A DNA stretch of 64,000 bases from Verrucomicrobiales bacterium (GCA_038139415.1 JAYOSV010000004.1:6233-70232); one strand, 5' to 3'; shown: positions 1-10,734, counted from the stretch's first letter. A program made the numbers and translations. The notes: generated from the letters alone by a model not told the origin.

Positions 1-192
1 GGAGATTGATTCCGACCCCAAACCTGGTCGCGTTGCCGACCCTGAAGGTCAAGGATTTGACCGGCCAACATGAGGGCGGGGCCGTGGCGCGATTCTCGCG
101 AGGCACAAGTGAACGGGACCAGCATTCGGCTCGTGCTGCAGGCCACTCAGAAAGCGGTGGAGTAACGGCCGCTAATCGCTTAGGCTGAAGGC

Positions 193-2343
193 ATGAGCGA
201 ACGCGAGTCTTCAACCTCTTCCCCTAACGGCTGGCGACCTTGGTACGCACTAGTGCAATGGAGTGCGGCCTTGGTGCTGTTGCTTCTGCTGTTGGTAGGG
301 TTTTTTATGGGGCGCTTTCCTTCGCCGATGGGGCAGCTGGGGTTTTGTGCGTTCGGCGTTTTCACTGGCGCGGCGTTTGCCCGGATGTCTCATCCGATAA
401 ATTCGCCGCTCACACGCCTGGGCCGGGTGGCGCTGGGATTTGTGGCGGCGTCGCAAATCTTTTATCAAATGCTGGTATGGTCGGAGCCGTGGCGGGTGCA
501 TTCCTTAGTGCTGGGCTGGCGGCTTTGGTGGGGCACGGTGGTGGTGGCCGTGGGGCTGGGTTGGCTGCAGGTCTTGTGGCGGGCTGGCGCGCGTTGGGAA
601 TGGAATTCAGGCCGCACTACACTGGGCTTTACCGCCGGACTGGGGGTGTTGCTGGTGGGGTTGGCGTTTCGGGATAACCCAACGGCCACCCTGCCCGCGT
701 GGTGGCGATGGCTGGCGGGAGGCATGGCGCTGGGCGCGGTCGTCGGTTCATTGGTGATCATTGGGCGATGGCTGAAGAGCCGGCCCAAAAACACGCGGCC
801 TTTGCCTGGCTGGATGCGGCCGGCCTTGATGGGGGCCGGCGTGCTGGTGTTGTGCGTAGGCAGTTTTTATTTCGGCCGATTAACCATGCCGCCGCCGAGC
901 CCCTTTGATAACGCCCACTCGTTGCTCGCCGAGTTGCCGGCGGCGGAACTGGAACAGCAACTTCAGCGCGATGAATTGCGGCTCAAAAAACTGGCGGAAG
1001 GCATGGACGCGTTGCGGGCAGATGCCGACGCCCTGCACGCGCAGATCGTCGTCCGCATGGAACGCAACGGAAACGACGGGGGCGAAGCTGAGTATCTGCC
1101 GGACGAAAGTCGTGCTATTCGACATTTGTTTATTCGCTACATGGGCTACCGCAAAGATCTACTTCATCTGGCGCGCGTTTATATTGGGTTCAAGAAAGTG
1201 CAGGGCGATGCCTTGCGCGATCGGTGTTTCCTGGTCGGGTACGGCGCGGCGGCCGTGGCGTTGGAAGCGGGCCTGACCTTCGTGGCGAAATATCGCGATA
1301 ACGAGTCCGCGCGGTCCAAGCTCAACGAAGGCGAACCGGGTTGGCTGGAGCCCAACCAATTTGAGGTGGTTTATCACAGCGTGACCGATCAGCATCATTT
1401 GGCGTTGTACGATACCTACGGCAAGCACTTCAAAACGCACGCCGGCCGATGGCGGCGTGAGGGTGTGGCAGGTCCAGATTTTGAATGGGTGGCCAGTCGA
1501 ATTACCCGCGGGCAGAAGGCCGTGCAGAATACCGCGCTTAATCCGGTGCGCGCGTGGTTTTCGCGGATTGGCCGGCGACTGGAGCAGGATGTCCATGTGC
1601 CGTTTTATGAGGCCCAAAAAATGATGGCCACCTTCATGGGCGATACGCGCATTGTGCGGCGGGACCCGTTTATTTCGGAAGAACTGGTGCGGCTCACGCT
1701 GGCGCGCACCCAGCTGCAGCCGGGCGATATCATTCTCGAGCGGCGCAACTGGTATTTGTCTAACGCCTTCCTGCCGGGCTTTTGGCCGCACTGCGCATTG
1801 TATGTAGGCACGCCCAAAGAACTGGAGGCGCTCGGCATCGAGTACGACGCGCTGGACGCCGAAGCCCGCGAGGCGCATCAGCGGCCTGAACACGGGCAAC
1901 CGCGCGTGATCCTCGAGGCTATAAGCGAGGGCGTGGTGTTTACCAGTGCCGAACATTCCATGCACGCAGATTACGTGGCCGTGTTGCGACCGCGGTTGAC
2001 CGATGCGCAACGGGCAGAGGTCCTCCGTAACGCCTTCCGCTATCACGGGCGTCCGTACGATTTCGGTTTTGATTTTTCTGATGAAAGCAAACTGGTGTGC
2101 AGTGAGCTGCTTTACTATTCCTTCGGGGACAAACTGAAGTTTGATCTCGAACCGGTGCTCGGAAAAAGCGTGGTGACGCCGGTGGGGATCATGAACAAGT
2201 TTGTGCGCGAACGCGGCACGCCCGGCGCAACGATGGATTTTGTGCTGTTCTTGGATACGTCGCCTGGCCAGCGGCAAGCCCGCCGGGCCTCGGAGGAGGC
2301 CTGCTGCGAATCGGCCACGCGTCCCAAGGGGTTTAACGAATAA
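193..2343 (+). CDS. Multi-pass membrane protein with C-terminal YiiX/YebB-like permuted papain-fold (NlpC/P60 superfamily) hydrolase domain
   Basis: 716-aa ORF. Trp/Leu-rich hydrophobic N-terminal ~230 aa, then a coiled-coil segment (LEQQLQRDELRLKKLAEGMDALRADADAL). C-terminal motifs PGDIILERRN, WPHCALYVG, ILEAISEGV, YDFGFDF and LVCSELLYY are typical of the YiiX-type permuted papain family. Confidence 0.6.
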   Translation: MSERESSTSSPNGWRPWYALVQWSAALVLLLLLLVGFFMGRFPSPMGQLGFCAFGVFTGAAFARMSHPINSPLTRLGRVALGFVAASQIFYQMLVWSEPWRVHSLVLGWRLWWGTVVVAVGLGWLQVLWRAGARWEWNSGRTTLGFTAGLGVLLVGLAFRDNPTATLPAWWRWLAGGMALGAVVGSLVIIGRWLKSRPKNTRPLPGWMRPALMGAGVLVLCVGSFYFGRLTMPPPSPFDNAHSLLAELPAAELEQQLQRDELRLKKLAEGMDALRADADALHAQIVVRMERNGNDGGEAEYLPDESRAIRHLFIRYMGYRKDLLHLARVYIGFKKVQGDALRDRCFLVGYGAAAVALEAGLTFVAKYRDNESARSKLNEGEPGWLEPNQFEVVYHSVTDQHHLALYDTYGKHFKTHAGRWRREGVAGPDFEWVASRITRGQKAVQNTALNPVRAWFSRIGRRLEQDVHVPFYEAQKMMATFMGDTRIVRRDPFISEELVRLTLARTQLQPGDIILERRNWYLSNAFLPGFWPHCALYVGTPKELEALGIEYDALDAEAREAHQRPEHGQPRVILEAISEGVVFTSAEHSMHADYVAVLRPRLTDAQRAEVLRNAFRYHGRPYDFGFDFSDESKLVCSELLYYSFGDKLKFDLEPVLGKSVVTPVGIMNKFVRERGTPGATMDFVLFLDTSPGQRQARRASEEACCESATRPKGFNE

Positions 2344-2361
2344 CGCGCTCGCCGCGGGAAA

Positions 2362-3465
2362 TTATACGTTGAACTTGAACAAGATCACGTCGCCGTCCTG
2401 CACCACGTAGTCCTTACCTTCCTGCCGGTAGAGCCCCTTTTCTTTGGCGCCCAACACGGAACCGTTGGCAATCAGGTCATCGTAACCGACAGTCTCGGCC
2501 TTGATGAAGCCGCGCTCGAAATCGGTGTGGATCACGCCGGCGGCCTGTGGGGCTGTGTCGCCGATGTGAATGGTCCACGCGCGGGTTTCCTTGGGGCCAC
2601 AGGTGAAGTAGGTGCGGAGGCCGAGCAAATGATAGGCGGCCCGAATCAGCAGGCCCACGCCGCTTTCCTCGACACCGAGATCGGCCAGAAATTCCTTCGC
2701 CTCGTCTTCATCGAGGTCGGCCAGCTCACTTTCAATTTGGGCGCTGATGACCACCGTTTCGCAGCCGTGATGTTCACGGCCGTAAGCGCGCACGGTTTCC
2801 ACATGCGGGTTGCTGTCGGCCGAGGCCAGATCGCCGTCCTGGACATTGGCGGCAAAGATGGTTGGCTTGGCGGTGAGCAGAAATAGGGATTTGGCGATTG
2901 GCTGTTCGTCCTCCCCCAGTTCAAACGTGATAGCAGGTTTGCCGGCATCCAAATGCGGTTCCAGCTTTTGGGCGAATGCGAATTTGGCGGCGGCCTCTTT
3001 GTCGCCGCGTTTGGCGTCCTTCTCCAGCTTGGGCATCTGTCGGCGTAGGCTGTCCAGATCGGCCAGAATCAGCTCGGTGGTGATCGTTTCAATATCGCGC
3101 ACGGGATCGACACTGCCGGCGACGTGATGGATTTCACTGTCCTCAAAGCAGCGTACCACCTGCACCACCGCATCCACCTCGCGAATGTGGCTGAGAAATT
3201 TGTTGCCCATGCCTTCGCCCTGCGAGGCGCCGGCCACCAACCCGGCGATGTCCACAAACTCCACGGCGGCCGGGATGATCTCCGCCGAATCCTCAATCGC
3301 CGCCAGCGGCTTGAGCCGGCCATCGGGCACCATCACCACGCCGACATTCGGGTCGATCGTGCAAAACGGATAATTGGCCGACTCCGCCTTGCGCGTGCGG
3401 GTCAGTGCATTGAACAGCGTGGATTTACCGACATTCGGCAGCCCAACAATACCAGCTCGTAACAT
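2362..3465 (-). CDS. ychF: Redox-regulated ATPase YchF (Obg-family P-loop NTPase)
   Basis: 367 aa. N-terminus [23 protein letters not shown]-terminal TGS-like end [11 protein letters not shown]. Full-length YchF pattern. Confidence 0.95.
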   Translation of the reverse strand: MLRAGIVGLPNVGKSTLFNALTRTRKAESANYPFCTIDPNVGVVMVPDGRLKPLAAIEDSAEIIPAAVEFVDIAGLVAGASQGEGMGNKFLSHIREVDAVVQVVRCFEDSEIHHVAGSVDPVRDIETITTELILADLDSLRRQMPKLEKDAKRGDKEAAAKFAFAQKLEPHLDAGKPAITFELGEDEQPIAKSLFLLTAKPTIFAANVQDGDLASADSNPHVETVRAYGREHHGCETVVISAQIESELADLDEDEAKEFLADLGVEESGVGLLIRAAYHLLGLRTYFTCGPKETRAWTIHIGDTAPQAAGVIHTDFERGFIKAETVGYDDLIANGSVLGAKEKGLYRQEGKDYVVQDGDVILFKFNV

Positions 3466-3507
3466 GGGGCGCGGAGAATAGGGGAAATAGAGAGTGGGTG
3501 AAAGTGT

Positions 3508-4644
3508 TTAGCCACGGGCCGCAAGGCGGAACCGTTCCTTCAGTTCCGGCACCCCTTCGTCGAGAGCGGCCATGATTTCCATGATTTCGACGTTAGGGAA
3601 GCGTTTGCGGAATTCCTTCAGATTGGGGCTGGCTGTGTCCTCGTCCATTTTGTTGGCGGCGATCAGATGCGGTTTGTTGAGCATTTCCGGATCGTATTGT
3701 TCCAGCTCGAACAGGAGTTTTTCGTAATCATCCCATGGATGCCGGTCATCAATGCCGGCCATGTCGAGGATCAGGCAGAGCGTGTCGCAGCGGCGGATGT
3801 GGCGGAGAAATTCGTGACCGAGACCGACGTTATTGTGGGCGCCCTCGATGATGCCGGGGATATCGCACACGGTGTAGCGTTCCCAGCCGTCCATTTCCAC
3901 TACGCCAATCTGCGGGTGGAGGGTGGTGAACGGGTACGGGGCGATCTTGGGTTTGGCGTGGGAAATGGCGTTGAGCAGGGTGCTTTTGCCGGCGTTGGGA
4001 TAGCCGACCAGCCCGATCTCGGCGACCATGCGCAGCTCGAATAGGTAATGTCCTTCGGTGCCGGCTTCGCCGGGCTGGGCATGGCGCGGGGCTTGATTGG
4101 TGGAGGAGGTGAAGTGATGGTTGCCTTTGCCGCCCCGGCCGCCGGTGCAGAGGACAAATTGCTGCCCGTCTTCGGTGAGGTCAGTGACGATCTCAGCGTC
4201 TTCGCCGATGGCGAGTTTGGGTTTTTCGGCTTCAGCCTCCTCCTCGCCTTCCTCTTCCATGGCGTCGAAATCAATTACCAGCGCCTGCTCTCCGCCGGCG
4301 CTTTGGACGAGCTGAGGCGTGGGATCATCCGATTCGAGCTCAGGATCGGGCAATTTCCAGACGATCGTGCCGCAAGGCACCTTGATGAGTAAATCTTTAC
4401 CGGCGTGTCCGCTCTTCTTTTGGCCTTCGCCGGGATTGCCGTTTTTGGCAATCAGACGCGGGACATAAAACTGGGCGATGAGATTGTTCAGATCGTGGCT
4501 GGCCTCCAAGATCACGTCGCCGCCCCGGCCGCCATTGCCGCCATCGGGCCCGCCCTTGGGGATAAAGGCCTCGCGGCGAAAGGACACGCAACCGGCGCCA
4601 CCGTGGCCGGCGCGGGCGTAGATTTTCACCTGATCAATGAACAT
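3508..4644 (-). CDS. obg: GTPase Obg/CgtA
   Basis: 378 aa. Gly-rich Obg fold (FIDQVKIYARAGHGGAGCVSFRRE...GGPDGGNGGRGGDVIL), G-domain GLVGYPNAGKSTLL and DIPGIIEGAH. Sits in the conserved rplU-rpmA-obg order. Contains an acidic insertion (EEEGEEEAEAEKPK). Confidence 0.95.
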   Translation of the reverse strand: MFIDQVKIYARAGHGGAGCVSFRREAFIPKGGPDGGNGGRGGDVILEASHDLNNLIAQFYVPRLIAKNGNPGEGQKKSGHAGKDLLIKVPCGTIVWKLPDPELESDDPTPQLVQSAGGEQALVIDFDAMEEEGEEEAEAEKPKLAIGEDAEIVTDLTEDGQQFVLCTGGRGGKGNHHFTSSTNQAPRHAQPGEAGTEGHYLFELRMVAEIGLVGYPNAGKSTLLNAISHAKPKIAPYPFTTLHPQIGVVEMDGWERYTVCDIPGIIEGAHNNVGLGHEFLRHIRRCDTLCLILDMAGIDDRHPWDDYEKLLFELEQYDPEMLNKPHLIAANKMDEDTASPNLKEFRKRFPNVEIMEIMAALDEGVPELKERFRLAARG

Positions 4645-4717
4645 GACGCAATAATTGGGGCGGCAACAAAAAAGGCGAGGCCGGAACCTCGCCCGTGAAA
4701 TTGGGGTCGCCGAAGGG

Positions 4718-4984
4718 TTAGCCTTGCACGACTTCCACCGGATCCACGTTCACCCTGCTTTTGCCGCGGTTGCGGTCAAAACGGATGCGGCCGGTGGCCA
4801 ATGCAAAGAGCGTGTGGTCGCGGCCGATGCCGACGTTTTCGCCGGGGATATGCTGGGTGCCGCGCTGGCGAACGATAATGGTGCCGGCTTCGACAAGCTG
4901 TTGGTTGCCGCGCTTGAGGCCGAGGCGTTTGCTGTGGCTGTCGCGGCCGTTCTTGGAGGAGCCTTGTCCTTTTTTATGTGCCAT
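4718..4984 (-). CDS. rpmA: 50S ribosomal protein L27
   Basis: 88 aa, [24 protein letters not shown]...IIVRQRGT. Confidence 0.97.
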   Translation of the reverse strand: MAHKKGQGSSKNGRDSHSKRLGLKRGNQQLVEAGTIIVRQRGTQHIPGENVGIGRDHTLFALATGRIRFDRNRGKSRVNVDPVEVVQG

Positions 4985-4997
4985 GGGGTGTCTTGGG

Positions 4998-5312
4998 TTA
5001 GGCGTTAATGCCCGTGATTTTTACGATCGAATGGCGCTGGCGGTGGCCTTTCTTGAGGCGGTAGGTCTTGCGCCGTTTCATCTTGAAGATGAGAATCTTT
5101 TTGTCTTTGCGCTCGGCATCGACCACCTCAGCGGTCACGGAGGCGTTGGCCACGGTGGGCGCGCCCACGGTGACTTGGCCATCGTTGTTGACGAGCATTA
5201 CACGGTCAAACGTCACGGAGGCGCCATTTTCGGTGTCGAGCTTCTCCACTTTCAGGAGATCGCCCGCTGAGGCACGGTACTGTTTGCCGCCGGTTTCAAA
5301 TACTGCATACAT
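4998..5312 (-). CDS. rplU: 50S ribosomal protein L21
   Basis: The ORF-track frame contains [26 protein letters not shown] place the start at this internal Met (aa 23 of ORF 4998..5378); the upstream extension is not L21-like. Confidence 0.92.
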   Translation of the reverse strand: MYAVFETGGKQYRASAGDLLKVEKLDTENGASVTFDRVMLVNNDGQVTVGAPTVANASVTAEVVDAERKDKKILIFKMKRRKTYRLKKGHRQRHSIVKITGINA

Positions 5313-5406
5313 AAGAAATAATTGCAAAAATTCGCGAAAAGGGAGGCGGATCAGACCAGAAACAGTCCTATGTGTCAACAGGTCTTTTCGCTAAAAACGG
5401 GCTTTT

Positions 5407-7482
5407 TTAAACCGGCTCGGTCTCCCGATCATTTTCCTCGTGATCCGCGCCATCAGGATCTGCCGGATCATTCTCGTCTTCCGCTTCGTCCTGCAGGTAT
5501 TCCTTCGGCTGATACCACCGTGCCACCGGAATAAACAGGAGCGCGGCCAAAAGCATCGTTCCGGCGAAAAATAGGAAATAATCCGGCCCTTTCAACTTGC
5601 TGGTGGGGCCGGCAAATTGGCGGCCGTTGAGGCTTTCGGTGGTCACTTTGCTGCCGTCCGGGGCCGACACCACAGACCAGTCATAGGTGAGCTCGTCGCC
5701 GTTGGGATCGAAGGAGCCCGTGCCCCGGAGGGCAGCGGTTTTGCCGATGGCCACGGTGGCGTTGTCATCAGCCACCACCACCGGCGGAAGGTTTTCACCG
5801 GTCACCTGCAGGATGACCTTGCTGGAGGCGTACGCTTCCTCGCTGTCACCCACTTGCACAGTGAACTGTAATTCATAGTCACCTTCCACATCCGGCGTGA
5901 AATGCGGGTTACGGGTATTTGCTAGCTTTAAAGCTGCGGCGTTCAGCTTGCTGTCCTCCGGCACCTGCACCCAATTCCAGCTGTATTGGAAGGCGCCATT
6001 GTAATCCCCCTTGGACGCTGTTCCATACATACGGACCAATTCCCCAGCCGGCACCGCGCGGAAGTGGCCGGCGTCAACCGAGGGCTTACGCTTCTCCTGC
6101 CAGGGCGCTTTGTCTTCCGGCAATTCTTCCACCGCATTGATGGCAACTTCCCGATTCACCATCGCCTCTCCATCGGTGGCACTCAGGCGCACCACGTAGG
6201 TTCCCGCAACATCCGGAGTGAAGCCGGGGGACTCGTTCTGGATAAAATGATTTACGCCTGCGGTGAAGAGGTTGCCCATGGAGACAGACATGAGGAAGAA
6301 GCCCAGAATGAGCGACTTCATTTTCTTCGGTGCTTGTGTGTAGGAAAACTCCAGCGCGGTGATCGAGATGAACACCTCGGCGGCAGTTAGAAAAACATAG
6401 GCGAGCAGTTGCCAAATGATGTTAGGTAAATGGCCGGCGTTGATTTGCAACTCGATCCACGCGGGGATGAGGAAGGATGGCACCGCCACGAAAAAGCCGA
6501 TGCCCATTTTGCGCAGGGGTGTGAGCGGGAACACTTTGTTCAGGCCCGGATAAATCAGCCATGCGAAGATCGGGATGAACACCATGATCATGATCGGGTT
6601 GATGGCGTTGATCTGCGAGGGGAGCCATTCGATGCCCAGCCAGTTGCGGTCCATGCGGTCGGCCTGGAGTACCCACTTGGAGCCGGATTGGTCAAAGAGC
6701 GCCCAGAACACCGCCACAAACAGGTAGATGATGCACAGGCGGCCAATGATCTTGAGGCCTTCTTTGCTGAAGGTTTCCCGCAGGAAATCCATGCCGCCGG
6801 CCGGGATATGCACGAATTCGCGCCGCCCCATCCAAAACACAATGGTGGCCAGCAGCATCAACCCCCCCGGCACGCCGAAGGCAATGTGCGGCCCGAAGCG
6901 GTCGAGTAGGATCGGCGTCATGATCTGCGAGGCAAACGCGCCAAGGTTTATGGAGAAATAAAACCACCCAAAAATCTTGGTGAGCAAATGCCCGTTGGAT
7001 TTGCCGAATTGATCCCCCACATGCGCCGAGACACACGGTTTGATGCCGCCCGCGCCAATGGCGATTAGCGTGAGGCCAACGGCTAGGCCGAGGCGGGTTT
7101 CATCCAACGCCAACGCGAGGTGGCCCAGGCAGTACACAATCGAGAGGCTGACGATGGTTTTGTACTTGCCGAAAAACGCATCCGCCACGATAGCCCCCAG
7201 CAACGGCGTAAAATACACCGCGCTGTTGAACAGGTGAAACCAAGTGGTGGCCTCCGTCTCGGACATCGGCGCGCGCGCGCCGTCGGAGTCCATCAGGTAT
7301 TTGGTCATGAAGATGACCAAAATGGCTTTCATGCCGTAGAACGAATATCGCTCAGCCGCCTCGTTGCCGATGATGTACGGGATGCCCTTCGGCAGCTCTT
7401 TACTTTTCACCGGCGCAGTCAGATAAGGCGCATCAGCCATAGCCGTGGATGGTGGCGGAGCCTTTGGCGACTGGCGAGGCAA
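5407..7482 (-). CDS. Proton-dependent oligopeptide transporter (POT/PTR2, MFS) with a ~218-aa PKD/Ig-like insertion before the last TM helix
   Basis: 691 aa. POT signatures [17 protein letters not shown] and [18 protein letters not shown], many TM helices. Insertion at aa ~417-634 carries [37 protein letters not shown] and [22 protein letters not shown]. Acidic C-terminal tail. The start could instead be Met14. Confidence 0.85.
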   Translation of the reverse strand: MPRQSPKAPPPSTAMADAPYLTAPVKSKELPKGIPYIIGNEAAERYSFYGMKAILVIFMTKYLMDSDGARAPMSETEATTWFHLFNSAVYFTPLLGAIVADAFFGKYKTIVSLSIVYCLGHLALALDETRLGLAVGLTLIAIGAGGIKPCVSAHVGDQFGKSNGHLLTKIFGWFYFSINLGAFASQIMTPILLDRFGPHIAFGVPGGLMLLATIVFWMGRREFVHIPAGGMDFLRETFSKEGLKIIGRLCIIYLFVAVFWALFDQSGSKWVLQADRMDRNWLGIEWLPSQINAINPIMIMVFIPIFAWLIYPGLNKVFPLTPLRKMGIGFFVAVPSFLIPAWIELQINAGHLPNIIWQLLAYVFLTAAEVFISITALEFSYTQAPKKMKSLILGFFLMSVSMGNLFTAGVNHFIQNESPGFTPDVAGTYVVRLSATDGEAMVNREVAINAVEELPEDKAPWQEKRKPSVDAGHFRAVPAGELVRMYGTASKGDYNGAFQYSWNWVQVPEDSKLNAAALKLANTRNPHFTPDVEGDYELQFTVQVGDSEEAYASSKVILQVTGENLPPVVVADDNATVAIGKTAALRGTGSFDPNGDELTYDWSVVSAPDGSKVTTESLNGRQFAGPTSKLKGPDYFLFFAGTMLLAALLFIPVARWYQPKEYLQDEAEDENDPADPDGADHEENDRETEPV

Positions 7483-7566
7483 AAGGAGGGGATGGACGAA
7501 AAGAGTATGATGTGTTAAGTATTATTTCCGCGCGTTGTCCATGCAATCGGAACTAGGAGGAACATT

Positions 7567-8325
7567 ATGATGAGAACAGCAAATCCCGCACTTAACGACA
7601 ATACGTTTACCCGTCACATCGATCTTACAGGTGAAGATCGGATGACGCTCATGGGTACGGTGCATAAGACTGGGGCTCTGCTTTTACTTTTACTCATTTC
7701 CGCTTCGATGACCTGGAGCATGGTCTTCAGCCCGGGGGTCGATGGGCAGCTGGTTGTTTCTGGGCCGGTTGGGTTGCTTACGATCGGCGGTGCTATTGGG
7801 GGGCTCATCTTCGCCATGGCTACAATTTTCAAGCCCCGATGGGCGCCGGTGACCGCGCCGATTTACGCGGTCTTGCAGGGATTATTCATCGGAGGGATTT
7901 CAGCGTTTATGGAAAGGATCTATCCGGGGATTGTTCCGCAGGCGGCTGGGTTGACCTTTGGAATCCTCTTCGCCTTGCTCGCGGCATACAGAAGCGGCCT
8001 GATCAGGGCAACGGAGAATTTCAAGCTCGGCGTGGTGGCCGCCACCGGAGGAATTTTCGTCATCTATATCGCCTCGTTTATCCTAGGGTTCTTCGGAATT
8101 TCCATTCCGTTCTTACACGATTCCGGGCCGATTGGCATTGGGATTAGCGTTTTCATTTGCATTGTGGCGGCGTTGAATCTCGTGCTCGATTTCGACTTCA
8201 TAGAAAACGGCGCTGAACATGGCGCCCCAAAGTACATGGAATGGGTCGGCGCGTTCGGACTGATGGTCACCCTAGTGTGGCTGTACATCGAGATCCTTCA
8301 CCTGCTTGCTAAGCTGAGAGACTAA
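7567..8325 (+). CDS. Bax inhibitor-1-like (BaxI_1/YccA-related) integral membrane protein
   Basis: 252 aa. N-terminal TANPAL motif followed by ~7 hydrophobic helices. AGGAGG Shine-Dalgarno 6 nt upstream of the ATG. Confidence 0.55.
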   Translation: MMRTANPALNDNTFTRHIDLTGEDRMTLMGTVHKTGALLLLLLISASMTWSMVFSPGVDGQLVVSGPVGLLTIGGAIGGLIFAMATIFKPRWAPVTAPIYAVLQGLFIGGISAFMERIYPGIVPQAAGLTFGILFALLAAYRSGLIRATENFKLGVVAATGGIFVIYIASFILGFFGISIPFLHDSGPIGIGISVFICIVAALNLVLDFDFIENGAEHGAPKYMEWVGAFGLMVTLVWLYIEILHLLAKLRD

Positions 8326-8379
8326 GTTATCTCTCGCATTGCTTTTTTGGGGAGGCTCCGGTACATCGGAGCCTTTCCT

Positions 8380-10734
8380 ATGTTGAAACGCCTCCCTCTC
8401 TTATTGGGCACGGCTCTGGTGGCTGTGTTGTCGTTTTCTGATGCGTCGGCTGCGCCGCGTGATCCGTTTAAGCAGCTGGATGATGTGTGGCCCACGCCGG
8501 ACGCGCAACGCCGGGCTTCGGGCGCGCCGGGGCCGGGCTATTGGCAGCAGCAGGCCGATTACGTGATCGATGTGGAACTCGATGAGACGAATAACCGCAT
8601 CCTCGGCAGTGAGACGATTACCTATCACAACAACTCCAAGGACACACTCGATTATCTGTGGATGCAGCTGGATCAAAACTTGTTTGATCCAAAAATGATG
8701 GCGCATCAGTCGCGCACCACGTCGGGGTTGAACGATCAATCGTTCAACCAATTCGAGGGACTGCTCAATGCTCAAAAATTTGATGGCGGGTACAAGATCA
8801 CGGCGGTGAAGGATGCCGCCGGAAAACCGCTCAAACACGTGATCGTGCAGACAATGATGCGCATCATCCCGCCGCAGCCGCTCAAGCCCGGCGGCAAGAT
8901 TACGTTCTCGGTGGACTGGAGCTTCAACATCATCGACGCCACCAAGATCCGTTCGCGGATGGGTTATGAGTTTTTTGAGGAGGACAAAAATCATCTCTAC
9001 GCGTTGGCGCAATGGTTCCCGCGAATGTGCGCGTACACGGACGTCACCGGCTGGCAGAACAAACAGTTTCTCGGTACGGGCGAGTTTGCGTTGGAGTTTG
9101 GCGATTACCTAGTGCGCATCACGGCACCGGCTGATCACATTGTGGCGTCTACGGGCGAATTGCAAAATCCTGAGGACGTGCTTACCAAGACGCAACGAGA
9201 CCGTTTGGCAAAGGCGCGTGATGCGAAGAAGCCGGTGTTTATCGTGACGCTCGATGAGGCCAAGGCCAACGAGAAGGAAAAGGCGAAGGGCAAAAAGACG
9301 TGGATCTACAAGACGGATAACGTGCGGGATTTTGCGTGGTGCAGCTCGCGCAAATTTTTATGGGACGCCATGGGCATGGATCTCAACGGGAAAAAGATCA
9401 TGTGCATGAGTTATTGGCCGAAGGAAGGTGAACCGCTCTGGAGCCGGTACAGCACGCATGCGGTGGCGCACACGGTGGAAGTTTTTTCGCGGTACACGTT
9501 TGACTATCCGTATCCGGTGGCGATCTCGGTGAATGCCCCGATCGGCGGCATGGAGTATCCGATGATCTGCTGGCAACGGCCGCGTCCGGAAAAGGACGGC
9601 ACCTATTCCAAGGGCACGAAGTACGGGCTTATCAGTGTCATCATTCACGAGGTGGGCCACAACTGGTTTCCTATGATCGTCAATTCCGATGAGCGTCAGT
9701 GGATGTGGATGGATGAGGGCCTCGATTCGTTCATGCAATTCCTCACCGAACAGGAATGGGAGGAGGATTATCCCTCGCGCATGATGCCTCAGCGCATTGG
9801 TGGGCTGATGAATTATCTCAAACAGGAAAACAAAATGCCGATCATGACCGGCGCCGATTCCCTGCAAAGCACGGGTTATAACGCATACACCAAACCCACG
9901 CTCGCTCTAAATATTCTGCGTGAGAGTGTGCTCGGCCGAGAGCAATTCGATTATGCCTTCAAACAATACGCCCGCCGCTGGGCCTTCAAGCGGCCGACAC
10001 CGGCGGATTTTTTCCGGACCATGGAAGATGCCAGTGGACAGGATCTCGATTGGTTTTGGCGCGGCTGGTTTTACAGCACTGATTACACGGATATTTCCAT
10101 TGAAACCATCCATCGATACGCCGTCGATACTCGCGATCCCTACGAGGAAAAGACCGCCCGAAAAAACAGACGCGATGACGAGCCCGAGCGGTTGTTTCAG
10201 AAACGCAACAAACCCCTTCCCAAGCGTGTGGATGCATTTCCGGAGCTGAAGGATTTTTACAACGAATACGACGAGCTGGACATCACCGACAAAGACCGCG
10301 AGTCCTACGACAAAATGCTGAAAGACCTAAGCGACGAAGAGAAGGCGTTGCTCAAGGAGAAGCGGAATTTTTATAAGGTGGACCTTAAGAACCATGGCGG
10401 TCTCGTGATGCCAGTGGTGCTCAAGGCCACCTTCGAGGATGACAGCACTCAGGAGTACCGGCTTCCTGCACAAATTTGGCGACGCAACCCTGAGGAAGTT
10501 TCCAAGCTGTTGATCACTGAGAAGAAGATCGCCAAGCTGGAGCTGGATCCTCATCGCGAAACCGCCGATGTGGACATCGAAAACAACTATTACCCCCGCC
10601 GCATCCGCGAGCAACAGTTCCGCCTCAATAAACCCACCCGTCCAGGTAATCCCCTGCGCGATAAACAAAAGGCCGACGAAAAAGCCAAACGCGAGGCGGA
10701 GAAAAAGAAGCAGGAAGAGGACAAGAAGGATTGA
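8380..10734 (+). CDS. Secreted M1-family zinc metallopeptidase (aminopeptidase N-like)
   Basis: HEXXH-18-E motif IIHEVGHNWFPMIVNSDERQWMWMDEGLDSF. Signal peptide MLKRLPLLLGTALVAVLSFSDASA begins at Met12 of the ORF. Lys/Glu-rich C-terminal tail. Confidence 0.9.
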   Translation: MLKRLPLLLGTALVAVLSFSDASAAPRDPFKQLDDVWPTPDAQRRASGAPGPGYWQQQADYVIDVELDETNNRILGSETITYHNNSKDTLDYLWMQLDQNLFDPKMMAHQSRTTSGLNDQSFNQFEGLLNAQKFDGGYKITAVKDAAGKPLKHVIVQTMMRIIPPQPLKPGGKITFSVDWSFNIIDATKIRSRMGYEFFEEDKNHLYALAQWFPRMCAYTDVTGWQNKQFLGTGEFALEFGDYLVRITAPADHIVASTGELQNPEDVLTKTQRDRLAKARDAKKPVFIVTLDEAKANEKEKAKGKKTWIYKTDNVRDFAWCSSRKFLWDAMGMDLNGKKIMCMSYWPKEGEPLWSRYSTHAVAHTVEVFSRYTFDYPYPVAISVNAPIGGMEYPMICWQRPRPEKDGTYSKGTKYGLISVIIHEVGHNWFPMIVNSDERQWMWMDEGLDSFMQFLTEQEWEEDYPSRMMPQRIGGLMNYLKQENKMPIMTGADSLQSTGYNAYTKPTLALNILRESVLGREQFDYAFKQYARRWAFKRPTPADFFRTMEDASGQDLDWFWRGWFYSTDYTDISIETIHRYAVDTRDPYEEKTARKNRRDDEPERLFQKRNKPLPKRVDAFPELKDFYNEYDELDITDKDRESYDKMLKDLSDEEKALLKEKRNFYKVDLKNHGGLVMPVVLKATFEDDSTQEYRLPAQIWRRNPEEVSKLLITEKKIAKLELDPHRETADVDIENNYYPRRIREQQFRLNKPTRPGNPLRDKQKADEKAKREAEKKKQEEDKKD

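Noticed and set aside
6-188. 60-aa plus-strand ORF at the window edge. A different frame also ends at a TGA near position 70 and could be the tail of an upstream gene.
   Set aside because: No recognisable motif, and too little sequence to support any call.
1159-2277. 372-aa minus-strand ORF antisense to the membrane/YiiX gene. Similar long antisense ORFs occur at 10828-11496, 19130-19951, 34859-35572, 45150-46289, 48009-49043 and 50698-51933.
   Set aside because: They lie fully inside well-supported genes on the other strand. They are Arg/Gly/His/Ala-rich with no recognisable motifs, which is typical of shadow ORFs in GC-rich DNA.
5350-5378. Sigma-70-like promoter guesses: TTGACA-17 nt-TCTGAT upstream of rplU (minus strand), TTGACA-17-TTCTCT at 24004, and TTGACC-17-TTTTCT at 41955.
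   Set aside because: The -35 hexamers are good but the -10 elements are poor matches to TATAAT. Without transcription start-site data these are not supportable as features.
8354-8378. Hairpin GGCTCCG-gtacat-CGGAGCC directly upstream of the M1 peptidase start.
   Set aside because: Only three T residues follow and it abuts the ATG, so it is not convincing as a terminator. It could be incidental or a translation-initiation structure.
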